Shown piece after piece: positions 17,861 through 26,493 of a DNA stretch of 64,000 nt. Below the pieces are notes generated by a model, which worked only from the letters and a program-made list of their open reading frames with translations, made no database searches and was not told the origin of the DNA. Position 1 is the stretch's first letter, and every line of letters starts with the position of its first letter. The translations under genes were made by a program, and so were the position numbers. Source of the stretch: an uncultured Candidatus Saccharibacteria bacterium (GTDB lineage: Bacteria; Patescibacteriota; Minisyncoccia; Minisyncoccales; GWA2-46-15); NCBI GenBank assembly GCA_964437545.1, contig CAYTHH010000001.1:14381-78380 (forward strand). Direction: 5' to 3'.

Positions 17861-18562
17861 CTATTTTTCTCTTATATTGTCAAATTCGTAGAATAAAACC
17901 TTTTTAAACAAGATTAAGCATAGATTATTAATGAGGCCTTTTAATATATAACTTATACTAGCTAGGTTACTAAAACGTCGGCTTGAAGTAATCACAAAAT
18001 TATCTTTTAAGAAAACAGTTTTCCCAAGTTCTTTAGCTTTTATTTGTAAATAAGAGTCGACGTTAAGGTTTATATTTTGATCAAATCCACCAAAGGCAAA
18101 ATATGTTTTTTTTCTGATTGAGAAATTAAAACCACAAACTAGACCAGTAGTTAACCCGGCAAGGTATAAAAATGGTTCGACCAACAGAGTTGTTTGCCAA
18201 ATGGTTGGCCTGAATTTTCCCGGTCCCCCAACCCCGACAACTTTTTCATTCTGATAAGCTTGCCAATAATTTTCAAGCCAATTTTTAGGAACAATAGTAT
18301 CCCCATCTGTAAAAACAAAGATTTTTCCTTGAGCTTCTTTGCAACCGCGGATTAAAGCATGACCATAACCCTGTTTTGGCTCGTCAATAATCTTTATTTG
18401 CTTAAAGCCCAAAGCGATTTCCTTGGTTTTATCAGTAGAGTTATTATTAACCAGAATAATCTCATATTCTTTCTTGTCAAAATCTTGATTAACCAAAGAT
18501 TCAAGGCATTGTTTAATGTTCTTTTCCTCGTTATAGGCCGGAACAATTACAGATATTTTCAT
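17861..18562 (-). CDS. Glycosyltransferase family 2
   Basis: SVIVPAYNEE, NNNSTD, FTDGD, TSSRR. Confidence 0.92.
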   Translation of the reverse strand: MKISVIVPAYNEEKNIKQCLESLVNQDFDKKEYEIILVNNNSTDKTKEIALGFKQIKIIDEPKQGYGHALIRGCKEAQGKIFVFTDGDTIVPKNWLENYWQAYQNEKVVGVGGPGKFRPTIWQTTLLVEPFLYLAGLTTGLVCGFNFSIRKKTYFAFGGFDQNINLNVDSYLQIKAKELGKTVFLKDNFVITSSRRFSNLASISYILKGLINNLCLILFKKVLFYEFDNIREK

Positions 18563-19836
18563 ATTCTACGAAATAGAACATTTTTAGCAGCGCTTTCTCC
18601 GGCCAGATAGCCCGTACTCCAGCAATTCTGCAAATTAAATCCTCCGGTTGGGCCATCAATGTCAATGATTTCTCCGGCAAAATATAAATTGTTAATTAGT
18701 TTTGATTTCATGGTTTTATGATCAATCTCTTCTAAAGAGATTCCCCCGCTAGTGACAATGGCTATCCCAAACCCTAAAAGTTCTTTAACAGTCATTTTTA
18801 ATCCTTTTAATAGTTTTGCTAAATCCTGCCTTTCTTTTTTGGTGATGCTGTTTGTTTTTTTCTCAGGATCAATTTGAGACAGATCAATAATGACTGGAAT
18901 CAGCTTTTGAGGCAAAAGATCATTCAAGCTATTTTTGAACAACTTTCTCTGGTATTTAATAAAATCTCTTTGCAATCTTTGATCTAGTTTGGCAAAGTTT
19001 AGGGCTGGTTTTAAATCAAGGAATAGATCGACTCCTCCTTTCTTTAAAAGTTTGCCAACGACCTTACTAATATCTAAAATAATCGGGCCAGTGATGCCAA
19101 AATGGGCGAATAAACATTCTCCGAATTTACTATATTCTTTTTTGTTTTTTTGGATAACGCTTATCTCAACATTTTTTAAACTCAAGCCCTGGAGCTCTTT
19201 AATCCAGCTTTCTTTTAAGGCAATTGGCACTAGAGCAGGGTCTAGCTCTTTTATTTTATGGCCGAGCTTTTTAGCCCATTCAAAGCCATCTCCGGTTGAG
19301 CCTGTTGTGGCGTAAGATTTGCCGCCAGTGCAAAAGATATAGTTTTTGGCAATAATTTCTTTCTTTTTCAAGATTAACTTTTCAATTCTACTACCTTGGC
19401 GCTTAATTTTAAGAACCTTGGCGTCATAGGTGATATTAGCCTTACTTTTATCCAGATACTTTACCAGAGATCTTAAAACATCAATTGAGCCGTCGCTAAT
19501 CGGGAAGACTCTCTGTCCCCTCTCAATTTTGATTTCTAATCCTAACTGATTAAAAAAATCAATAACTTGTTCTGGTCCGAACATAGAAAAAGCATGGAAA
19601 AGAAACTTGCCGTTCTGACCGTAGTTTTTTACCAGCTTTTTCAAATTAAACTCAGCATTAGTGATATTGCACCTGCCCTTTCCTGTTAAAAGCAATTTTT
19701 TGCCTAAAGTGTCATTCTTTTCTAAAAGAATCGTTCTAGCACCAAGCTCAGCAGCCCGGCCTGCGGCTATCATACCAGCCGGTCCACCGCCAATAACAGC
19801 CACGTCAAAAATGTCTTCTTCTCTTATATTTGTCAT
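18559..19836 (-). CDS. HI0933/BaiN-family flavoprotein
   Basis: GGGPAG, GKKLLLTGKGRCNITN, TGGKSY..TGSTGDG, GPTGGFNLQ. Confidence 0.92.
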   Translation of the reverse strand: MTNIREEDIFDVAVIGGGPAGMIAAGRAAELGARTILLEKNDTLGKKLLLTGKGRCNITNAEFNLKKLVKNYGQNGKFLFHAFSMFGPEQVIDFFNQLGLEIKIERGQRVFPISDGSIDVLRSLVKYLDKSKANITYDAKVLKIKRQGSRIEKLILKKKEIIAKNYIFCTGGKSYATTGSTGDGFEWAKKLGHKIKELDPALVPIALKESWIKELQGLSLKNVEISVIQKNKKEYSKFGECLFAHFGITGPIILDISKVVGKLLKKGGVDLFLDLKPALNFAKLDQRLQRDFIKYQRKLFKNSLNDLLPQKLIPVIIDLSQIDPEKKTNSITKKERQDLAKLLKGLKMTVKELLGFGIAIVTSGGISLEEIDHKTMKSKLINNLYFAGEIIDIDGPTGGFNLQNCWSTGYLAGESAAKNVLFRRI

Positions 19837-19942
19837 TTTTTAATCTTAGCAAAAAATCGCTAATTTAGCATTAACTATTCAAAAACTGGAGTTAGCAATA
19901 ACTCTTTAATTATTGATTAGTAGATAGATTTGAACCAATTTA

Positions 19943-20374
19943 TTATCTTGAAGGTATATTCATTCCCGCTGACCTGATTTGAATTGATGTGGCGGTTAGG
20001 CTGCCATCTTGGTTTGCTGTCCCATTTACGGTTACGCTTTTACCGGTTTCTAAATCAGCCAAAGAGCCGCTAGTGAATGCATCAATAGTTGTTGTTTCGG
20101 AGAGAAAAATAATCTTTGAACCACCATCCTGGCTTTTTATAGTAATGCTTTTATCGTCTTGCGAAAGAATTTCTCCGGAAACAAAATTAACACCCGCAGC
20201 TCCATTTCTAAATCCTCCAGTTACATTAGCTTGGGGCACAGATCCATTCATTTGAGCTAGTCTTTGACTGAAACCAGCCGGCAGTTTGCTTTGCTCGTAT
20301 TTAATGCCGCCATAAAAGGCTCCGCCGCCGATTAAAACTATTGCTAGAGAAAATATCAATAATGTTTTTTTCAT
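19943..20374 (-). CDS. Hypothetical exported protein (DUF5666-like beta domain)
   Basis: N-terminal TM, GEILSQD...DLETGKSVTVNG...LTATSIQI; last gene of the efflux operon. Confidence 0.65.
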   Translation of the reverse strand: MKKTLLIFSLAIVLIGGGAFYGGIKYEQSKLPAGFSQRLAQMNGSVPQANVTGGFRNGAAGVNFVSGEILSQDDKSITIKSQDGGSKIIFLSETTTIDAFTSGSLADLETGKSVTVNGTANQDGSLTATSIQIRSAGMNIPSR

Positions 20375-20407
20375 AATTTATTTATTATTTATTTTATGTT
20401 TTTATAG

Positions 20408-21634
20408 TTACTCATATCTTAGAGCTTCTATTGGTTTCAGCGAGGCAGCTCTTTTGGCTGGATAATAACCAAAGATAATACCGATAGCAGCTGAAAATAC
20501 GAAAGCTAAAAGAATCGAACCAGAAGAAATTTTAGTGGTAATAGATCCGAAATGAGAAACTAGGATTGATGCCAGCCAGCCCAGCAAGATTCCGAATATC
20601 CCGCCGATAAAAGTTAAAAGAACTGCTTCAGCCAAAAACTGCATATTAACATCTTTTTTTTGGGCGCCAAGAGCTTTTCTTAAGCCGATTTCTCTGGTTC
20701 TTTCTGTGACCGTTGTTAGCATCATATTCATAATGCCAATACCCCCGACCAATAAAGAAATACCTGCTATTGAACCAAGTAAGATTGTCAGAGTTTGAGT
20801 AATTGATGAAGCGCTGGCAACTATGTCAGCCTGATTCATAATGCTGAAATCAGCCAAGGTCGGATCAGTGATATGATGTCGTTCCAAAAGCAAGAAAGTG
20901 ATTTCTTCTTGGACTGCGGTCATGGATTCTTGACTAGCTGCTTCGATATAAGCGCTAGTTAAATAATCTTTGCCCGCTAAAAAGCGTTGAGCGGTAGAAA
21001 GAGGGATAAAGATAATATCGTCTTGGTTACTAAAACCAGAACCGCCCTTTGATTCGGTTATACCGACAACCTTAAATTCTATGCCCTTAATGCGAATTTT
21101 ATTTCCTACAGCATTAGTAGTATTTTCTCCGAATAAGTCGTCGCGCGTTGAAGGTCCTAAAACTGCTATCTTGGATAAGTTTTGCAGGCTTTGCTCGGTG
21201 ATAAAACTGCCTTCAGCAATTTGAATATTCCTTACTTCTGTATAATCCGAAGTTGTGCCGACAATTTGAGTATTGGTGTTAGTTCCTTTAGCTGTTACTT
21301 GGTAGCGGCCAGCTAGTTCCGGAGCGACTGCTTTAACTAGACTAATTTCGTTTGCAATGGCAATAGCGTCAGCTGAAGTCATTGTTTGGGCCGAGCCCCG
21401 TCCACTACTAGCCTGATAACCAATCCCCCTTTGGGCTCCAGGAGAGACTATAAGCAAATTAGATCCTAATGACTGAATATTAGCTTGGATTGAACCAGTG
21501 GCGCCTTGACCAATGGAAACCATAGCAATAACTGATCCGATACCAATAACAATTCCAAGAACCGTCAAACCCGAACGAGTTTTATTTAAAAGCAGAGCAG
21601 AATATGTTTCTTCAAATAAATCTCCAATAGTCAT
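20408..21634 (-). CDS. MacB-family ABC transporter permease
   Basis: LGIVIGIGSV, GGIGIMNMML..VTERTREIGLRKALGA, PIEALRYE. Confidence 0.95.
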   Translation of the reverse strand: MTIGDLFEETYSALLLNKTRSGLTVLGIVIGIGSVIAMVSIGQGATGSIQANIQSLGSNLLIVSPGAQRGIGYQASSGRGSAQTMTSADAIAIANEISLVKAVAPELAGRYQVTAKGTNTNTQIVGTTSDYTEVRNIQIAEGSFITEQSLQNLSKIAVLGPSTRDDLFGENTTNAVGNKIRIKGIEFKVVGITESKGGSGFSNQDDIIFIPLSTAQRFLAGKDYLTSAYIEAASQESMTAVQEEITFLLLERHHITDPTLADFSIMNQADIVASASSITQTLTILLGSIAGISLLVGGIGIMNMMLTTVTERTREIGLRKALGAQKKDVNMQFLAEAVLLTFIGGIFGILLGWLASILVSHFGSITTKISSGSILLAFVFSAAIGIIFGYYPAKRAASLKPIEALRYE

Positions 21635-21636
21635 GG

Positions 21637-22353
21637 CTATTCTTTAATTTCCCGAGTTATTTTTTCTTTAGTCCAATTACCAATACTGTCTTCAATAATC
21701 TGGCCATCTTTGATAGCAATGACTCTTTTAGCGTGGTTAGCAATGTATTTTTCATGAGTGATTAGAATAATGGTTCTGCCTTGCTCGTGTAGTTTTTGGA
21801 AAGTTTGCAGAACAACTTCTCCGGTTTTACTATCTAAATTTCCAGTCGGCTCATCAGCTAGTATTAAAGCTGGATCATTAACTAGGGCTCTAGCTATGGC
21901 TACTCTTTGCATTTGTCCGCCTGACAATTGATTGGAAAGATGATGGAATAGCTCATCTTCCAAGCCAGCATTTTGAAGAGAGGCACGCGCTAAATTTTCT
22001 CTTTTATCTTTAGGAAAGCCGGCATAGACTAAGGGTAAAATTACGTTCTTCAAGACTGTGGTTCGAGGCAAAAGATTATAGGATTGGAAAACAAAACCAA
22101 TTTTGTCTCGACGGACATTAGCTAATTGATCGTCGGAAAGCTTGGCCACATCCCGACCATTTAAAAAATAATCACCGCTGCTAGGCGTATCTAAGCAGCC
22201 TAAAATATGCATTAAAGTTGACTTGCCCGAACCAGACGGCCCAATAATAGCTACAAATTCTCCGTCTTTAATGGCAAAAGAAATGTTTTTTAAGGCCTGG
22301 GTTTCTCCAGCTTCGGTTTTATAAATTTTACTGATATTTTTACATTCAATCAT
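21637..22353 (-). CDS. ABC transporter ATP-binding protein (MacB/LolD type)
   Basis: [22 protein letters not shown]. Confidence 0.95.
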   Translation of the reverse strand: MIECKNISKIYKTEAGETQALKNISFAIKDGEFVAIIGPSGSGKSTLMHILGCLDTPSSGDYFLNGRDVAKLSDDQLANVRRDKIGFVFQSYNLLPRTTVLKNVILPLVYAGFPKDKRENLARASLQNAGLEDELFHHLSNQLSGGQMQRVAIARALVNDPALILADEPTGNLDSKTGEVVLQTFQKLHEQGRTIILITHEKYIANHAKRVIAIKDGQIIEDSIGNWTKEKITREIKE

Positions 22354-22366
22354 TTCTGTCTAAGAT

Positions 22367-24145
22367 TTAAAATCCCGGCATTCTAAAACCGCCATCCGTT
22401 TGAACCCTATTAGAGGTAGTAGGCGCAGAGCTAGTTGTACCCGAAGCGATTTTGCCGGTGATAATAATATCTCCTTCTTGCAGGCCAGAAATTATCTGGG
22501 TGTAGTCGTCGTTGGCTGAGCCAATCTCTATTGGTTGGTTTTTGGGCGTTTCTGATAGAATTATGCCTACTGAAGCAGTTGATAGACTTTTTGCGGTTTG
22601 ATCTGTTGGCATCTGAACATAATATGAATCATCTTGGTATTTGACGCCAGCATTGGGCACCATTAAAACGTCTGTTTTAACATCAATAATAATATTAACC
22701 GAAGCGCTCATTCCCGGTTTAATCCTTTCATCTTGAGTGTCAAAGCTAATTTTAACGTTATAGGCAACAATTCCTTGATTGACGGTGCCGATGGCATCAA
22801 CTTCAATAACTTTACCGCTAAGGCTTAAATCTTCAATAGCGTCAAAAGTCAAGCTGGCTTTTTGACCGGTTTTGATTTTAGCAACATCAATTTCATTGAA
22901 CGAAACTTCAGCAATTCTTTGTTTAGTGACAATAGTTGCCAAAGAGTTTCCGGACGAGGCAGAATCCCCTTTTTTGGCTAAAACCGCGGCGATAACACCG
23001 TTAAAAGGAACGCGGACATAATGATTATTAAAAGTTTCGTTGGCCGCAGTTAAGGCGTCTTCTTTTTGCTGAATAGAGATTTTCTTTGCCCTGACATCAA
23101 GATCGTCCGGTCCCTCTTTCATCTTCTCTAGAGACAAAGTTTTTTCTTTAATAGATTGTTCGGCGTTTAAGATGGCATTTTTAGAATCTTCAATAACTCT
23201 TTGAGTCGACAATAAGCTTAAAAGATTGCTATTAGTTGTACTAGTATAGCTGTTTAAGCTTGAAAGGTGGGTGTTGGAAAGCGAGGCAGGTCTTAAGCCA
23301 TGCTCGATGAGTTTGTCCTGATAGAATTGAACCAGATTATTGGTATCCTTGACGGCCTGGGAGATATCTTTCACAGTATTATAAGTTTGATTGGTTAGAG
23401 ATTCAATGGTCGCCTTGTCAGAAAACCGGCTGACAGACTTGTAATCAGCGAAATTCTTATCATAAGCAGTTCGAGCGGCTCGATAACTGTCATAAGCGTC
23501 TTGTTTATATGCAATTACTTTTTCGTCATAGTTTTTAGTGGAATCTGCATAAAAATCAATGTTCCATTGGCCAACATTTAAACTGGTGCTAAAAATCATG
23601 TCATCTAAGCCCGCCATTAAGGCCGGGAGTTGAAGAAAAGTATTGGCGACTGTGTTAAGGCCGTCTTCGTAATCTTTTTCCAGAGAGTCTTCAGAATTTT
23701 TCTTTGATTGATAGGCCTGATTTAAAGAATTTTCAGCCTGGAGAAGAGATAATTCATCTACTGGGTCATAAAGCTTGTCCAGTTCAAGTTTTGCTGTTTC
23801 CAGATTTGTTCGGGCATCATAGAGATTCCGTTCTGCTTCGCTGGTATCTATTTTAGCGATCAGGGCTCCGGAAGCAACTTCTTGCCCTTGAGTTATATAG
23901 ATAGCGGTAATTTCTCCGCTTACTTTAGGTTTGACATCTAACTGATTTAGGGCAGAAACTTGGCCGGTTCCGGAAACCGAAGTAATAATAGTTCCTTTTT
24001 CTACTTGAGCTAAGGCATAACGAGTTGAGTCTCCGGACGACGTTATTGATCTTATTCCGAAATAACTGATAATAATGATTGCAGCAAAAATAAAACCAGA
24101 GATGGCTTTGTGCCCTAATGCGAAGATCTTTATTTTTTGAAACAT
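22367..24145 (-). CDS. Efflux membrane-fusion (MacA/HlyD-like) adaptor with long helical insert
   Basis: TM anchor, lipoyl-like halves, KPGMSA, SGLQEGD. Confidence 0.88.
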   Translation of the reverse strand: MFQKIKIFALGHKAISGFIFAAIIIISYFGIRSITSSGDSTRYALAQVEKGTIITSVSGTGQVSALNQLDVKPKVSGEITAIYITQGQEVASGALIAKIDTSEAERNLYDARTNLETAKLELDKLYDPVDELSLLQAENSLNQAYQSKKNSEDSLEKDYEDGLNTVANTFLQLPALMAGLDDMIFSTSLNVGQWNIDFYADSTKNYDEKVIAYKQDAYDSYRAARTAYDKNFADYKSVSRFSDKATIESLTNQTYNTVKDISQAVKDTNNLVQFYQDKLIEHGLRPASLSNTHLSSLNSYTSTTNSNLLSLLSTQRVIEDSKNAILNAEQSIKEKTLSLEKMKEGPDDLDVRAKKISIQQKEDALTAANETFNNHYVRVPFNGVIAAVLAKKGDSASSGNSLATIVTKQRIAEVSFNEIDVAKIKTGQKASLTFDAIEDLSLSGKVIEVDAIGTVNQGIVAYNVKISFDTQDERIKPGMSASVNIIIDVKTDVLMVPNAGVKYQDDSYYVQMPTDQTAKSLSTASVGIILSETPKNQPIEIGSANDDYTQIISGLQEGDIIITGKIASGTTSSAPTTSNRVQTDGGFRMPGF

Positions 24146-24251
24146 ATTTCTACTTTTATTTTTAAATTAAAGAAAGGCTCAGGCCTCTATTCCTTTTTTA
24201 GAAATAGAGAGTCTGAAACCTCCTTTTAAGATCTGGAAGATATCATTTTTC

Positions 24252-24758
24252 TTATTGTTTTGGCCAAAAACCTTTATTGCCTGGACCTTTAAATCCTAGA
24301 TGTGACATATCACCTATGAATCCCCTTCCCATAAATCCAAAGTTAATATTATTGTCTTGTCTCCATATTTTCATGTCATCCATAATCTTTTCCATTTCAG
24401 CCTGTTTTTCTTCTCGAGAAAGGTCTTTTAAGGAATCCATTTTTTGTTTCAGTTCTTCTTGTTTTGCCAAAATTAAGATTTTTTGGTCTTCAGTGATTTT
24501 TCCTTCTGCAATGGCTTTATCCAGTATTTCATTATACCTGACTTGATTTTGAGCTTGTTTCTCCTGTCTATTTTCATCTAGAACTTGCTGAACTTGGACA
24601 GTATCAAGGTTAAATTTTTCTACCAGTTTTTGGATAACGGGTGGAAAATTACCATTGGTTGACTGAGCCTTGACGATACCAATGCTGGAAATTCCAGCCA
24701 TGGCTAGAGCGCCAACTATTGCCGTTAAAGCCATCAGGGCTTTTGTTTTATTTTTCAT
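24252..24758 (-). CDS. Hypothetical secreted helical protein
   Basis: Signal peptide, AIAEGKITEDQ, Gly/Met-rich tail. Confidence 0.7.
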   Translation of the reverse strand: MKNKTKALMALTAIVGALAMAGISSIGIVKAQSTNGNFPPVIQKLVEKFNLDTVQVQQVLDENRQEKQAQNQVRYNEILDKAIAEGKITEDQKILILAKQEELKQKMDSLKDLSREEKQAEMEKIMDDMKIWRQDNNINFGFMGRGFIGDMSHLGFKGPGNKGFWPKQ

Positions 24759-24825
24759 ATGTTATTTTATATTTTAATTTTTACCGACCTTTCACTAATT
24801 ACTACAACTAGGAAAGGTTTTTGTT

Positions 24826-25593
24826 TCATTTTTTTAAAAACATTATTGGTTTTGGAGAGAAATTAGGCCTATATTCAAAATCTTTAGGGAAATTTTCAGG
24901 CAATTTTTTAATGCCGTCAGCCTTAATAATACCATCTTTTATTTTTCCAATAACCATAATATAATCTCCTTTTTCGATTTCCCTTTGTCTTGGGGAAATA
25001 GTTCCGGGAACTATGTTCACGGTCAGGATTTTTCCTTCAGGAGTTTCAAAAGTGAAATTATTTTCAGAAGTTTCCAGAACAATTCCGTATAGTACATTTT
25101 CAGGCCTGCCAAAATCAAGATCTCTGTAAAGGGGTCTAGCAAAGGGCATGCGTCCTGCCTGGACTTGTTGGAACATTCTTTTATGCAAAGGTGTTTGACC
25201 AACAATAAAACTTATAGTTATGACTAATCCGATAATGGCTAAAGCTGAATATAGGAGAGGATTTCGATAGGCAAAGGAATATCTCTTTACTAGTGTTTCT
25301 AAAATAGCGATGAAAACAATGGCAATTATAATTAGGGTCCACGGAAAAGCTCCGAAAAGCATTCTTAATCCTCCAAAACCGAATTCAGGCAAAAATTGCA
25401 GAGGAGATTTTCTAAAAGCAAAAAGCATAAAGCTTATAATATATAAAGTTGCCCCAAAAGTAATGATTATTCCCGTAATTATTAAAATTGCTTTCAAGAC
25501 AAAGTGAGATCTGGGGAGTATCTTAATTTCTCCCCTTTTTATCTTATCCAGTAAGTTTTGCTTTATTGATTCTTTATTTTGTTCTTGGTTCAT
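24826..25593 (-). CDS. Membrane protein, putative anti-sigma factor
   Basis: Three TM segments and a C-terminal beta domain; directly after the ECF sigma. Confidence 0.55.
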   Translation of the reverse strand: MNQEQNKESIKQNLLDKIKRGEIKILPRSHFVLKAILIITGIIITFGATLYIISFMLFAFRKSPLQFLPEFGFGGLRMLFGAFPWTLIIIAIVFIAILETLVKRYSFAYRNPLLYSALAIIGLVITISFIVGQTPLHKRMFQQVQAGRMPFARPLYRDLDFGRPENVLYGIVLETSENNFTFETPEGKILTVNIVPGTISPRQREIEKGDYIMVIGKIKDGIIKADGIKKLPENFPKDFEYRPNFSPKPIMFLKK

Positions 25594-25633
25594 AGCAGTT
25601 AATATAGAACTGATATATCGGGCATCCTGCCCG

Positions 25634-26200
25634 TTATAGGCTATAGTTTGACTTTTTAAAGACTTCCGCCATTAATTTCTTTCCTCTTTTTAGTCTGATG
25701 CCTACGGTTGAAACTGGGATTTGCATAATATCAGCAATTTCTTCATAGCTGAGTTCTTCAAGATAGAAAAGGATTAATGGTTCTTTATATTTTAGATCAA
25801 GCTTATTTAAACAAGCTTCAATCATGGTTTTTATGTCTTTTTTGTCTATTTCTTCTTTTAAAGTATTGTCTGAAAAACTATGGGGGAAAAGCGCATCAAG
25901 GCCAAAAAGAAACAAAGGTTTTTTCTTTTTTAAGGCGTTGATCAGTTCATTGTGAGCGATTCGGTAAAGCCAGGAAGAGAATTTTCTTTTTGAATCAAAA
26001 CTTTGGATATTAACGTAGGTTTTAATAAAGATGTTTTGAACTACGTCATTAATATCTTCTTGATCTGATAAGAATTTTCTGGAGTACCTTTTAATTTTTT
26101 CTTCGTATCTTTCAATTAAAATGCCGAAAAGCTCAATTTTTCCAGATTGGATTAATTTTGCAATTTCTTCATCTTTTTGAATAAACACAATCTGCCTCAT
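25634..26200 (-). CDS. ECF RNA polymerase sigma factor
   Basis: DVVQNIF, FSSWLYRIAHN, LSYEEIADIMQIPVSTVGIRLKRGK. Confidence 0.93.
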   Translation of the reverse strand: MRQIVFIQKDEEIAKLIQSGKIELFGILIERYEEKIKRYSRKFLSDQEDINDVVQNIFIKTYVNIQSFDSKRKFSSWLYRIAHNELINALKKKKPLFLFGLDALFPHSFSDNTLKEEIDKKDIKTMIEACLNKLDLKYKEPLILFYLEELSYEEIADIMQIPVSTVGIRLKRGKKLMAEVFKKSNYSL

Positions 26201-26230
26201 AGTATTAATACAAGCGAAGAGCTCTTTTTA

Positions 26231-26368
26231 TTTCATTAGAATCGAGCTTGCTCATTTCGAGTAAAGCGAGAATCAAACTTGTTTATTTCATTAGAATCGA
26301 GCTTGTTCATTTCGAGTAAAGCGAGAATCAAACTTGTTTATTTCGTTAGAATCGAGCTTACTCATTTC
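26231..26368. repeat. 55-bp tandem repeat, about 2.5 copies
   Basis: Unit tttcattagaatcgagcttgctcatttcgagtaaagcgagaatcaaacttgttta starting at 26231, 26286, 26341. Confidence 0.9.
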
Positions 26369-26382
26369 ATTTGCAAGGTTGC

Positions 26383-26457
26383 AAGGTGACTGTCACCTTT
26401 TCTCCCCCGAACAAACTTAGGAACAAATTTGACAAATGGCGTGATTTTGAAAGATTT
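26383..26457. repeat. About 75-bp dispersed repeat with AAGGTGACTGTCACCTT palindrome
   Basis: Inverted, diverged copy at 35477-35550. Confidence 0.8.
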
Positions 26458-26493
26458 CATTCAAAGCTTTTTCAGCAAACAATCTCAACGTCT

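Noticed and set aside
19943-26200. ECF sigma, anti-sigma and MacAB-type cluster as a novel system
   Set aside because: A common envelope-stress/efflux arrangement; nothing unusual beyond the upstream repeat.
26231-26368. Possible CRISPR array
   Set aside because: Units are contiguous near-identical repeats without unique spacers, and there are no cas genes in the window.
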